The notes below the pieces were generated by a model. It searched no databases. It was given only the letters and a program-made list of their open reading frames with translations, and was not told the origin of the DNA. Below, piece by piece: positions 20,438-30,935 of a DNA stretch of 64,000 bases (within the stretch, counting starts at the first letter, position 1; each line of letters opens with the position of its first letter). Both the position numbers and the translations under genes were made by a program. This DNA is from Candidatus Sumerlaeia bacterium (GTDB lineage Bacteria; Sumerlaeota; Sumerlaeia; SLMS01; JANRJK01), in the NCBI GenBank assembly GCA_033764015.1, contig JANRJK010000036.1, positions 128,001-192,000 on the forward strand, read 5' to 3'.

Positions 20438-21210
20438 GCGGTGCCGGAATCCGCGAGGCGTTCGATCTCGCCGCGGATCGCGGGATCGACGGGCTCTCCG
20501 ATGCGGTCGAGGAAGCGCAGGAAAGCGAGGGCCGCCTCCGGGGTGCGTCCGTAACCGGGCAGGCATTCGGCGAAGATGCGCTCCGCCTCCGGATGGCGCG
20601 CCTCGAAGCGGCGGTCGATGCTGTAGGGGTCGCCGCCGGGGCGTTCGCCGCCGTCCGCGAGCGCGACCAGCTCGGCGAGGCGGTGCGCGGCGTGGCTCTG
20701 GACGAACTGCATGGCGGTCCACTTCTCGCCGCGGCGATAGCGGCAGAGGCCGACGTAGAGGTTCGAGAGCAGCTCGCCGACGATCCATTCGCGGTCGCCG
20801 GCGGCGCGGGGCGGGGGCAGGTGCTTGGGGGCGCAGAGGGAGCGGTCGAAGTCGGCCCGCGACCAGACGAGGCGCCCCGGCGCGAAGTGGGCCCCGGCCA
20901 TTTCCGCGGGCGTGAACACGGCGTACTCGCAGAAGACGCCGTCGGCGAAGAGCCCCTTCCTGCCATCCTTGGTGTTCTTGAAGGACCATGCGACCGGGTG
21001 CGCGTCGTGGAGCCAGTCGATCTCCGCGAGGTAGGCGGGCTTCGCCGCCTCGTCGACGACGGCGAAGAAGTCGAGGTCGGAGAACTGGTCGAGCCGCTCG
21101 CGCTCGGCGCCGACGGAGCCGAGCGCGAGGAGGGCGTGGGTGTCGGGGCGCGCCGCGAGGGACCGCGCGATGTCGTCGAGTCTGCGAAGCAGCAGTGCGG
21201 GACTTGGCAC
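20434..21210 (-). CDS. Nucleotidyltransferase (DNA pol beta superfamily; LinB/AadK-like architecture)
   Basis: LALGSVG...DQFSDLDFF motif followed by a helical C-terminal domain with RRFE. Confidence 0.75.
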   Translation of the reverse strand: MPSPALLLRRLDDIARSLAARPDTHALLALGSVGAERERLDQFSDLDFFAVVDEAAKPAYLAEIDWLHDAHPVAWSFKNTKDGRKGLFADGVFCEYAVFTPAEMAGAHFAPGRLVWSRADFDRSLCAPKHLPPPRAAGDREWIVGELLSNLYVGLCRYRRGEKWTAMQFVQSHAAHRLAELVALADGGERPGGDPYSIDRRFEARHPEAERIFAECLPGYGRTPEAALAFLRFLDRIGEPVDPAIRGEIERLADSGTA

Positions 21211-21217
21211 GGGTGGC

Positions 21218-22102
21218 TCAGGCTGTGGCGGCTGGGAGGCCTTGCAGCATGCGGAGCACGCTGGCGAGGCGCGCGCGCATCTCGGGGCGCGGAACCACCA
21301 TGTCGACGAAGCCCTGGTCGCGCTGGAACTCGGCGGTCTGGAAGCTGGGCGGGAGGACCTGCTTGATGGTCTGCTCGATCACGCGCTTGCCGGCGAAGCC
21401 GATGTAGGCGTTGGGCTCGGCGATGATGAGGTCGCCGAGGGAGGCGAAGCTGGCCATTACGCCGGCGGTGCTGGGGTCCGCGAGGATGACGACGTAGGGC
21501 ACGCGCTCCTCGTGGAGCTGGTGGCAGAGGAGTGAGGTCTTGGCCATCTGCATGAGGGAGAGGATGCCCTCCTGCATGCGGGCGCCGCCGGTGCTGACGA
21601 CGGTGATGGCGGGGCACCGGGCTTCGAGGGCGCGTTCGAGGCTGCGCGTGATCTTCTCGCCGACGACGCTGCCCATGGAGCCGCCCATGAACGCGAACTC
21701 GAAGGCGGCGATGGAGACGGGCATCGCGTCGAGCGCGCCCATGCCGGCGACGACGGCGTCGTTGATGCCGGTCTTGGCGCGGGTCGAGGAGAGGTACTCG
21801 GAGTACTTGCGCTTGTCCTCGAAGCGGAGCGGATCGCTGGAGACGAGGCCGGCGTCGTGCTCGACGAAGGTTCCGGGATCGAGGAGGGAATCGATGCGGT
21901 CGCGCGCGGCCATGCGCTCGTGGCGTCCGCAGTTGCGGCAGACGCTGAGCGCGGCGACGTAGTCGCGGCGCAGGTACACGGTGTTGCAGCCCGGGCACTT
22001 GTACCACTCGTCGGTGGACTCGGTGACTTCGCGGCGGTCCTCGATCTTGCGGGGTGTGATCGTGAGGTACGAGGACGCCTTCGGCTTGCGGAACCAGTTC
22101 AT
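21218..22102 (-). CDS. accD: Acetyl-CoA carboxylase carboxyltransferase beta subunit
   Basis: CPGC/CRNC zinc ribbon, FMGGSMGSVVGEKI, GGARMQEG.LSLMQMAKT, GFAGKRVIEQT. Confidence 0.97.
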   Translation of the reverse strand: MNWFRKPKASSYLTITPRKIEDRREVTESTDEWYKCPGCNTVYLRRDYVAALSVCRNCGRHERMAARDRIDSLLDPGTFVEHDAGLVSSDPLRFEDKRKYSEYLSSTRAKTGINDAVVAGMGALDAMPVSIAAFEFAFMGGSMGSVVGEKITRSLERALEARCPAITVVSTGGARMQEGILSLMQMAKTSLLCHQLHEERVPYVVILADPSTAGVMASFASLGDLIIAEPNAYIGFAGKRVIEQTIKQVLPPSFQTAEFQRDQGFVDMVVPRPEMRARLASVLRMLQGLPAATA

Positions 22103-22276
22103 CGCGTGTGGGTGCTCCTGCGTCGGTGGCGCGCCATTTATGCAGGCGCCGCGGGGGCGGGCGGTCAAAAGGATTCGCGGCGGCGGGGCGGCCTCCGCTC
22201 CGGCTTGCGCCCGTAGGCGCGCGGCCCGGAGCCTTGCCCCCGTTAGCCACCGCGCAGCGCAGGAGTCCCACCCGCC

Positions 22277-23212
<936 letters not shown>

Positions 23213-23292
23213 CCGACGCGGCTTGACGCGGCCAAGGGCCGCGGTCCCGATTCGCCGCAACACCAACAATCTCCGCCAAGAGGCCCCCCGCG

Positions 23293-24069
23293 ATGACCGC
23301 CCCCGCTCCTCGATTCAAGCGCGTGATCCTCAAGCTCTCCGGCGAGATGCTGAAGGGCCCCCTGGCCTACGGACACGACCGCGGCGCGGTCGAGCACATC
23401 GCGAACGAAGTGTGCGACGCGTACCGGCTCGGCATCGAGGTCGGCGTGGTGATCGGCGGCGGCAACATTTTCCGCGGCAACAGCGACGCCGCCTCGACCA
23501 TGAACCGCTCCGTGGCCGACCACATCGGCATGATCGCGACGGTGATCAACGCGCTGATGCTGCAGGACGCGATCGAGCGGCAGGACATCCCCACACGTGT
23601 GATGACGGCGATCCCGATCGACCCGGTGGCGGAGCCCTACATCCGGCGGCGGGCGATCCGCCACCTCGAGCAGCGGCGCGTGGTGATTTTCGGCGGAGGC
23701 ACCGGCAGCACGCACTTCTCGACCGATTCCGCCGCCGCACTCCGCGGCGCCGAGACCGAGGCCGAGGTCATCCTGAAGGGCACGAAGGTGGATGGCGTCT
23801 ACACCGCCGACCCCCGGAAGGTGCCCGACGCGAAGTTCCTCGAGACGTGCACGTACCAGCGGGCGCTGGTGGAGAACCTGAACGTGATGGACAGCGCGGC
23901 GATCTCGCTTTCGCGCGAGTCGAACCTGCCGATCATCGTCTACAACCTGGCGCAGGCCGGCAACACGCGGCGCGTGCTGACGGACGGCGACATCGGCACG
24001 CTGATCGGCGATCCGGAGTCCGCGCGGTTCCGCGAGCTGGCCGCGCGGCGCACCCCCGCTCCGGCCTGA
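23293..24069 (+). CDS. pyrH: UMP kinase
   Basis: LKLSGE, IGGGNIFRG, DHIGMIATVIN, FSTDSAAALR, KVDGVYTADP, VMDSAA. Confidence 0.97.
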   Translation: MTAPAPRFKRVILKLSGEMLKGPLAYGHDRGAVEHIANEVCDAYRLGIEVGVVIGGGNIFRGNSDAASTMNRSVADHIGMIATVINALMLQDAIERQDIPTRVMTAIPIDPVAEPYIRRRAIRHLEQRRVVIFGGGTGSTHFSTDSAAALRGAETEAEVILKGTKVDGVYTADPRKVPDAKFLETCTYQRALVENLNVMDSAAISLSRESNLPIIVYNLAQAGNTRRVLTDGDIGTLIGDPESARFRELAARRTPAPA

Positions 24070-24095
24070 AGGGCCGGCAGCAGGAGCAACCAACC

Positions 24096-25124
24096 ATGCG
24101 ATACCACCCGCCGGAGCACGGCACCGTCCGCCTGGTTGATCCGGACAGCATCGACCTCGGGCTGCTGGAGGACACCACCATCGCGGTGGTCGGCTACGGC
24201 AACCAAGGGCGGGCGCAGGCCCTCAACCTTCGCGATTCGGGGTGCCGGGTCGTGATCGGGCAAAGGCCCGGCCCGCGGGCGGAACTGGCCCGGGAGGATG
24301 GATTCGACGTGCTTTCCGGCATGGACGCCGCGCGAGTCGCCGACGTCGTGCAGCTCCTCGTGCCGGACCACCTCATGCCGAAGGTGTACTACGAGGAGGT
24401 GGCCCCGGTCCTCAAGGAGGGCCGCGCCCTCGCCTTCAGCCATGGCTTCGCCGTCCACTTCAAGACCATCACGCCGATGCAGGGCGTCGATGTGTACCTC
24501 GTAGGACCGAAGGGCATCGGCGTGCAGGTCCGCGCCCAGTACGAGGCCGGCGTCGGGGTGCCGATGCTGGTCGCTGTGGAGGAGGACGCGACCGGGAGCG
24601 CGCTGCGCCTGGCGGTGGCCCACGCGGCGGCGGTCGGCCTAGGGCGCACCGGCATCTACGAGACGACCTTCCGCGACGAGACGGAATGCGACCTGTTCGG
24701 CGAGCAGGCGGTGCTCTGCGGCGGCATCGCGGAACTGGTGCGGGCGGCGTTCGAGGTGCTGGTGGAGAAGGGCTATCCGCCGGAGATCGCGTACTTCGAG
24801 TGCCTGCACGAGCTGAAGCTGATCGCGGACCTGCTCTACGACCGCGGCATCGCGGAGACGTTCCGCGCCATCAGCCCGACGGCGGCGTTCGGCGCGTACA
24901 CGCGCGGGCCGCGCCTCGTGACGGACGCAACGCGGGCGGAACTTCGGCGGATGGTCGAGGAGATCCAGAGCGGCGCCTTCGCGCGCGAACTGGAGGAGGA
25001 GATGCGGACCGGCGGCGGGCTCTCGCGCGCGCACGCGGGCAAGGCGGCGGCGCATCCGATCGAAGAGGCGGGACGGCGCATCCGCGCCCAGTTCCTGACA
25101 CCGCCGGGCGCCGAAGCGCCCTGA
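24096..25124 (+). CDS. ilvC: Ketol-acid reductoisomerase
   Basis: GYGNQGRAQALNLRDSG, FSHGF, DLFGEQAVLCGG, AYFECLHELKLIADL; AGGAG RBS. Confidence 0.96.
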   Translation: MRYHPPEHGTVRLVDPDSIDLGLLEDTTIAVVGYGNQGRAQALNLRDSGCRVVIGQRPGPRAELAREDGFDVLSGMDAARVADVVQLLVPDHLMPKVYYEEVAPVLKEGRALAFSHGFAVHFKTITPMQGVDVYLVGPKGIGVQVRAQYEAGVGVPMLVAVEEDATGSALRLAVAHAAAVGLGRTGIYETTFRDETECDLFGEQAVLCGGIAELVRAAFEVLVEKGYPPEIAYFECLHELKLIADLLYDRGIAETFRAISPTAAFGAYTRGPRLVTDATRAELRRMVEEIQSGAFARELEEEMRTGGGLSRAHAGKAAAHPIEEAGRRIRAQFLTPPGAEAP

Positions 25125-25145
25125 CGCGGCGATTGCGGCGGCGCG

Positions 25146-25559
25146 TCAGCCCTGCTGCGCCTGCCCCTGCTGCATCATCGCGAGTTCCTTCGGCGTCAGG
25201 CGCGAGGACAGGCGCCCGAGCGCCTTGTTCATCGAGATGAAGAGCGTGTGCCAATCGAGCTGCAGCTTGGAGTAGGTCGACTCCTGGAGCGTCTTGAGGT
25301 CGTTCAGGCTCATGGTCTCGGAAAGCACGGCGACGATCTTGTCGGCGTCGGGCATGTCGTCGCCGACGAGCTCCTGGAACTTGTACTGGTTGAGCGCGAG
25401 TAGGCTGACGATCTGCGCGAACTCCATCTCCATCTCGTTGGTGATCACCTTGTCGGCGAGGGGATCGGAGAAGAAGTTGAAGTAGCGCTGCCAGAGCATG
25501 GCGTACTCGCGGCAGACGGCGATGCGGTTTGGCGTCGAAGTGTGGTTGGGCTTCTTCAC
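25146..25559 (-). CDS. Conserved hypothetical helical protein (paralogue of 29193-29705)
   Basis: Strong host codon bias; shares IT.E.E..F and L..DWH..FI.....G motifs with 29193-29705; start uncertain. Confidence 0.8.
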   Translation of the reverse strand: MKKPNHTSTPNRIAVCREYAMLWQRYFNFFSDPLADKVITNEMEMEFAQIVSLLALNQYKFQELVGDDMPDADKIVAVLSETMSLNDLKTLQESTYSKLQLDWHTLFISMNKALGRLSSRLTPKELAMMQQGQAQQG

Positions 25560-25614
25560 GGGGCTGAGCGCCGCATGCGCGGCGTCCCTTCGCGGGTGTC
25601 GGGGTGGCGGGGGC

Positions 25615-25752
25615 TCACGCGCCCTTCTTGTTGAAGACGCCGAGGGCGTAGAGGCAGTAGGCCACCACGACCACCACGGCGACGATCACGCCGATCTCGA
25701 CCCAGTAGACGTAGTTGATCTTGTTGAAGAAGTTCTGGAGTCCGCGGGGCAT
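25615..25752 (-). CDS. Small single-pass membrane protein, 45 aa (MPRGLQNFFNKINYVYWVEIGVIVAVVVVVAYCLYALGVFNKKGA)
   Basis: Not in the ORF track; GAGGA RBS, GC3-rich codons, one TM helix with a basic C-tail. Confidence 0.78.
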   Translation of the reverse strand: MPRGLQNFFNKINYVYWVEIGVIVAVVVVVAYCLYALGVFNKKGA

Positions 25753-25805
25753 CTTCGGGTCCTCGTGTGGTGGCTGCTAGCGCGCGGCGGGGCGGGGGGG
25801 GCGCC

Positions 25806-28800
25806 TTAGCGCCCCCCGGCCATCCCGATCTGCAGCTTGTTCTCGCGGAACGCGGTGACGTCGTCGAGCAGGCGCGCCTCGACGGTGACGAGGCGGCTGT
25901 TCGAGGAGTTCACGCTCTGGTAGGCGGAGTTGACCGTCGCCTCCACCTGCGCGGCGGAGAACGAATCGAAGGCGCGCATCTTCTCGAACTGCGTGGCGGC
26001 GACGCGGCCCTCGTTGAGCGCGTCGACGAGTTGCTCGTGGACGTTCTCGTAGCCGCGCGGGACCACCATGCGGATCGCTGAGAGGTAGAGGCCCTCGGTG
26101 GCTTCGCGGTACTCGGTCGGCGTGGTGCGGGTGGCGATGGCGACCATGCGGGTGGAGCCGCCGTTGGACGCCAGGGACTTCACCTGGGAGGCGTCGAGGC
26201 CGAGGATCTGGGCGAAGTTCGCCTGCGCCTCGCGGTAGCGCGCGATGAGGCTGGTGGCCTCGGCGATGTAGGCTTCCTTGTCGCGGCGGAGCGCCACTTC
26301 GTTGACGAGGGAGATGGCCTGCTCGAGGTTCGTGTGGGCCGACTTGTAAAGGCCGCGGCGGTAGTCGAGGCGGGCGCGGTTCAGATAGGTGCGCGCCTCC
26401 TCGACCACGGGTGCGGCATAGCCTGCGGCGCCGTTCTCGACCAAGTCCTCAAGCCGCTTCTCCTGCGCGTCGGCGACTTCGGCGACGGTGTCGTCGGTGG
26501 TCTCAAGCGTGCCGCGAAGCATTCCCTCGAGCTTGGTCAGCTCCGTGACGACGAGGTCGTAGTTCTGGCCGTCGTAGAGGTTTTCGAGTTCCATGAGACG
26601 GGTGCGGGCCGCCGCGGACTCTTCCGGCTGGAAGAAGTTGATGCCCTGCGCGGTGCCTTCGTCGAGGTTGTCGCGGAGGCGTCCGATCATGAGGGCGACG
26701 TTGCCGTCGCGGCTGCTGGCGCTGACGGAGGTTGCGACCTCGCGGGCGGAGACGGCGAGTTGGTTGCCGGCGGCGTAGTCGCCCTGTTCGAACTTGAGGC
26801 GCGCTTCGCGGATGCGGGCGCCGGCCAAGCCGGTCGAGCGCGGGTCGGAGTCGAACCCGCCGACCGCCTTCGCGGTGGCGAGGGCGGCCTCGGCGTCGAG
26901 GATCTTCTTGAAGAGGGCGGCGTCGGCTCGTCCGCGGGCGGCGTCGGCTTGGTCGACCGCCTTCTCGTAGTCGGCGCTGGCGTAGAGGCTTCGCGCGGAC
27001 TGGAGAAGGTTGCGCGCGTCGAGCATCCCGCGGCTGGCGTAGAGTTCCGCGCCGGCGTCGGCCGCGCGGCGGATCGTGTCCTGCGCCGCGGCGAGGGAGT
27101 CGTCGGCGGCGGCGCGGAAGGCTTCGCGGACGGCCTGCTGCGCGAGGCGCGTGGCGGCGTCGGCGTTTTCCACGGCGAGCTTGAGCTGGGCCTCGCCGAG
27201 GTTGGCCTCCGCCTGGTCGATGAGCTTCTGCACTTCGTCCAGCATGGAGCTGCGGTACTTGCGGACCGTGTCGCTGCCTGCGTTGTCGCGGGCTTCCTTG
27301 GCGCGTGCGAGGTTGACGTTCGCGCGTCCTGCGATCGCCTGGGCCATCAGCTCGACGTTCGCGCGGGCTTCCGCGGCGCGCTCGACCGCTGTGCGGAAGT
27401 TGCCCGCGGCGATCTCGCCCTTCACCTGCGTCAGGTCCGCCTGGCTGCGCGCCAGCTCGTCCGCCGCGTACTCGGTGGCGCCGTCGCGCTCGTAGCGCGA
27501 GATGAGGTTCGCGAGCTGGATCGACGCGTTGTGGGCGACGTTGTGGTACACGCCGTCGAGGACCGCGAGGCCGTCGGCGCGGACCTCTTCGGCCTGCAGG
27601 ATCGACTGCTTGTAGCGCGCGTCGCGCTGGTTCTGGAAGGCGCCTTGGAGGTTGCGGCGGGCGTTTTCGAGGCGCTGGCCGAGTTCGAGGCGGCGCGACT
27701 CCTTCTGGGTTTCGAAGACCGCCTGCTCGGGCGTGAGGTTCGCGGAGTCCTGCGGGGCGAAGACCTCGCCCATGCGGTCGTAGACCGTCTGGGTGGTTTC
27801 GATCTGGTCGCCGGCGGCGCGGATGGCGGCGATCGCGAGGTCGTTGAACGCCTCGTTGATCGTGTCGTTCACGTCGATGGCGCGGAGGCTGAGTTCCTTG
27901 ATTTCGTCGAACGCTTCGATGGTGTCGCGCTGGCGGATCGCGCGTGCTTCGCCGAGGACCGCTTCGAGCGCGTCGATGCGCCCCGGGAGGTACTCGCGGA
28001 CGCCGCCCTCGACGAGGGTGTCGATGTTGCGCTGGATGCTGGCGATGCGCGCGTCGGAGGCGGCGCGCTTGGTGTTGAGCACCAGCGTCTCCGCGCTCGG
28101 CCGCACCTGGTTGGCGCCCTCGAGGACGCGGTCGTAGCGGGCCGACTGGAAGTCCGAAAGGATGCCCTGGTTCAGGCGGTTGACCTTCTCGAACTCCTCC
28201 GGGACGTACTCGGTGGCGCCTTCGAGGAGCGCGGTTCCGAGGAGTCCTTCGATGGCGTCGAGCTGCTCGCGGCTCTTCTGGCGCTTGACCGTCTCGATGC
28301 CCGAGGAGGCCTCGGTGGCGGCGGCGTCGAACTCGATCGTGGCGAGGTTGTAGTCGCGCTGGTTGTCGGCGATGTTGATCGCGCCCTGGATGCGGTCCTT
28401 GACGGCGATGACGACTTCGGGGGCGTAGACCTGCCCGCCCTCCGCCTGGAGGTCCGTGAGGCGCTGCTCGGCGGTGACGCGGGAGCGCTTGGCGGCGGCG
28501 GCGAGCGGCGAGAGCGCGGTGCGCACCTCGGTGATGATCTGGCGGCCGATTTGGATCAGCTTCTCGTTCTCGTTCTCCGCGCGGAGCGCGTCGGCGTCGC
28601 CCTTGAGTTCGATGATGCGGGCGTAGCGCTCGGCGTCGCGGACGGAGATGTTGTTCGTGTCCCCGACGCGGATTTCCTCGAGCGCCTGGTTGTAGACGGC
28701 GTTGGCTTCGCTGGAGAGCACCTTGATGAGCGTCTGCTCGGCGGTGCTGGAGGCGGAGCGCGCGGCGGCGAGGGCTTCGGAGCCCGCGCCGGCGGCGGCG

Positions 28801-29009
28801 GAGGAGTTCGCCCGGTCGATGTCGCGCTGGATCGCTTCGAGTTCGTTCGGCGCGTGCGTCGCGCCGTTCAACTCGGTCTGCATCCGCGTGAGCGACTCGG
28901 TCGCCTTCTTCAGGTTGTTGCGCGTCTGCAAGTCCGTGCAGGACGTGAGCAGCGAGACCGAGAGCATGGTCGTCGCGAGAATCATCCGGAACCGACGCCG
29001 GTTACGCAT
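25806..29009 (-). CDS. Large alpha-helical repeat lipoprotein (DUF4398-like repeats)
   Basis: Basic N-terminus and lipobox LLTS-C; about 11 recurrences of G(A)xxYA/P-type helical hairpin units; GGAGGAG RBS. Confidence 0.82.
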   Translation of the reverse strand: MRNRRRFRMILATTMLSVSLLTSCTDLQTRNNLKKATESLTRMQTELNGATHAPNELEAIQRDIDRANSSAAAGAGSEALAAARSASSTAEQTLIKVLSSEANAVYNQALEEIRVGDTNNISVRDAERYARIIELKGDADALRAENENEKLIQIGRQIITEVRTALSPLAAAAKRSRVTAEQRLTDLQAEGGQVYAPEVVIAVKDRIQGAINIADNQRDYNLATIEFDAAATEASSGIETVKRQKSREQLDAIEGLLGTALLEGATEYVPEEFEKVNRLNQGILSDFQSARYDRVLEGANQVRPSAETLVLNTKRAASDARIASIQRNIDTLVEGGVREYLPGRIDALEAVLGEARAIRQRDTIEAFDEIKELSLRAIDVNDTINEAFNDLAIAAIRAAGDQIETTQTVYDRMGEVFAPQDSANLTPEQAVFETQKESRRLELGQRLENARRNLQGAFQNQRDARYKQSILQAEEVRADGLAVLDGVYHNVAHNASIQLANLISRYERDGATEYAADELARSQADLTQVKGEIAAGNFRTAVERAAEARANVELMAQAIAGRANVNLARAKEARDNAGSDTVRKYRSSMLDEVQKLIDQAEANLGEAQLKLAVENADAATRLAQQAVREAFRAAADDSLAAAQDTIRRAADAGAELYASRGMLDARNLLQSARSLYASADYEKAVDQADAARGRADAALFKKILDAEAALATAKAVGGFDSDPRSTGLAGARIREARLKFEQGDYAAGNQLAVSAREVATSVSASSRDGNVALMIGRLRDNLDEGTAQGINFFQPEESAAARTRLMELENLYDGQNYDLVVTELTKLEGMLRGTLETTDDTVAEVADAQEKRLEDLVENGAAGYAAPVVEEARTYLNRARLDYRRGLYKSAHTNLEQAISLVNEVALRRDKEAYIAEATSLIARYREAQANFAQILGLDASQVKSLASNGGSTRMVAIATRTTPTEYREATEGLYLSAIRMVVPRGYENVHEQLVDALNEGRVAATQFEKMRAFDSFSAAQVEATVNSAYQSVNSSNSRLVTVEARLLDDVTAFRENKLQIGMAGGR

Positions 29010-29192
29010 CGTTCAAACTCCTCCGAGGAGCGAGGATGTACCCACCGCCCGGGCTTGGGGCCTGATATTCAACGGTCAATAACCGTGGCGATGAACAGCT
29101 TCGAGGTGTGACTGTGGCAAATGTTTTCGCGCCGTCCCCGGTCACCCGGGCGGGCGGTGCGGCACTGGCGCCGACGGCATTGGCGGCGACGG

Positions 29193-29705
29193 TCATTTCT
29201 TCTTCGAGGCCCCGGCGCCCTTGATGCCGGCGAGCGTGGTGCCGCCGCCCGGCGCGCCGGAGGCGGCCATTTTCTTGCGCGGCGGCGGGACGTAGCCTTC
29301 CGAGAGGAACTTGAACACGCCGACGGAGCGCGAGAGCTGGATGAAGATGCCGTGCCAGTCCTTGAGCAGCGTGCGGCGGTCCGGCGGCGTGAGCGAGCGC
29401 ATGTGGCCGACGGAAACGCATTGCTTCAGGAGCACCGCCGCCTTGTCGCCGCCGGTGTAGAATTCCTTCTCCTTGATGCGCTCCGCCACGGACCGCATGG
29501 CGCGGGCGATCTGCGACTTGACCTCGAGGAAGCCGCTCTCCTCCTCCGGCGTGATGGCCTCTTCGGAGAACGCCTTGGCGAGGTAGCGGCGGAAGCCGAG
29601 CCATTGCTCCAAGGCGCCTTGCACCAGCGCCAGGTTCTCCTGGATCTGGGGCATCTTCATCGCGAAGGGCACCAAGTTCTTGTTCTTCTTGAAGAAACCG
29701 AGCAT
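29193..29705 (-). CDS. Conserved hypothetical helical protein (paralogue of 25146-25559)
   Basis: ITPEEESGFLEVKSQIAR and LLKDWHGIFIQL motifs; strong codon bias. Confidence 0.82.
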   Translation of the reverse strand: MLGFFKKNKNLVPFAMKMPQIQENLALVQGALEQWLGFRRYLAKAFSEEAITPEEESGFLEVKSQIARAMRSVAERIKEKEFYTGGDKAAVLLKQCVSVGHMRSLTPPDRRTLLKDWHGIFIQLSRSVGVFKFLSEGYVPPPRKKMAASGAPGGGTTLAGIKGAGASKKK

Positions 29706-29732
29706 CGGCGCGTCCGGGCGTTTGGAGATGGA

Positions 29733-30794
29733 TCAGAAGTAACGGCTGCTGGCGGCGCCGAGCGGCTGCCCGGTGACGGGGTCGTCGACGGAGCGCCCGC
29801 GGAGCAGGTCGCCAAGGGAGTTGGCGTCCGTGACACTCACGGGGCCTCCCTCTCCGCCGTCCGCGCCGGCGCCGTCGGAGCCCGCGGCCTGGGCGTTCGC
29901 GCGCGGCGAGAACGTGGCGGGCAGCGGCAGGCTGGGCGCCTTGGGCGGGACGGGCAGGTGCGTCGGGATGAATTTGCTCGTGCGGTCCGCGGGGTCCTCG
30001 CGGAAATCGCGCAGGAAGCGGTCAGACCAGTCGTAGAGGCGCGCGTCGCGTTCCGTCTCGAGGCCGGCGATGAGGTAGGGCTTGTCGCCGGTGCGGACCA
30101 TTTGGACGTCGATCAGCTTCGGCAGCGAGGAGACGTGGTCCTGCGTGGCGACGCGGACCTGGAAGAAGTCCTGCGGGGAGAAGTTCTCGAGGGAGCCGAG
30201 GGCGTTGAGGAGGCGCGTGCGGATGTAGAATTCCTCGGGCGCGATGTAGCGCACCTCGGAGGTGCGGTTGAACTCCGTGACGTTGGTGAAGACGCCGTCG
30301 TTCGCCACCGTGTCGCCGCCGCTGGCGCCGTCGTCGAAGTAGCCGTCGGTGATGATGAGCTGCACGGAGCGGGCGTCCTGGAGGATGACGCCGGAAATCG
30401 CGGAGCGGACGCGGGTTCCGCCGATGCCGCTCTTCGCGCGGAGGTTTCCGCCGCCGACCGAAACAGGGCCGGAGAACGAGGTGTCCTCGCCGAAGAGGTC
30501 GCCGCCGGGGGCGGGGGGCGGCGCGCCGAACGGGCTGGCAGCGGGGCCGCCGCCCGGAGGCGGTCCGCCGAAGGGGCTGGCGGGCGGGGCTTGGCTATCG
30601 CCGGGGCCGGGCTGGTTCAAACCGGTGCGGACCCGGTCGAACACCGAACCGCTGTCGATGCCGCCGGAGGCGCTGCCGGAGGACAGCGTGTCCATGGCGT
30701 CGGTGGGGGGCGCGAAGGGGTTCGGCGATTGCGCTTGGGCCGCGCAGGCGGCCGCCAGCGCAAGCGTCGCGGCGAAGTATGCTCGAAGGCTCAT
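29733..30794 (-). CDS. Secreted protein with choice-of-anchor-X-like DDG...DGVF motif
   Basis: Signal peptide MSLRAYFAATLALAAACAAQA, Pro/Gly SPFG repeats, DDGASGGDTVANDGVFT; GGAGG RBS. Confidence 0.75.
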   Translation of the reverse strand: MSLRAYFAATLALAAACAAQAQSPNPFAPPTDAMDTLSSGSASGGIDSGSVFDRVRTGLNQPGPGDSQAPPASPFGGPPPGGGPAASPFGAPPPAPGGDLFGEDTSFSGPVSVGGGNLRAKSGIGGTRVRSAISGVILQDARSVQLIITDGYFDDGASGGDTVANDGVFTNVTEFNRTSEVRYIAPEEFYIRTRLLNALGSLENFSPQDFFQVRVATQDHVSSLPKLIDVQMVRTGDKPYLIAGLETERDARLYDWSDRFLRDFREDPADRTSKFIPTHLPVPPKAPSLPLPATFSPRANAQAAGSDGAGADGGEGGPVSVTDANSLGDLLRGRSVDDPVTGQPLGAASSRYF

Positions 30795-30935
30795 CGAGGG
30801 CACCGGTTGCCTCCGTCCGGAGGGAATTGTGCGAACGCGTTGTTGACCTCCCTGTTGTAGCGCCGGTGGGCGCGTGGCGGTCAACACCTCATGCATGGTC
30901 GCGTCCGCGAGCTCGAACCGCAAGCGGAACGCGCG

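Noticed and set aside
29010..29192. Possible riboswitch upstream of the large lipoprotein
   Set aside because: Only a short palindrome (acggt-N5-accgt) and promoter-like hexamers; no recognisable aptamer consensus
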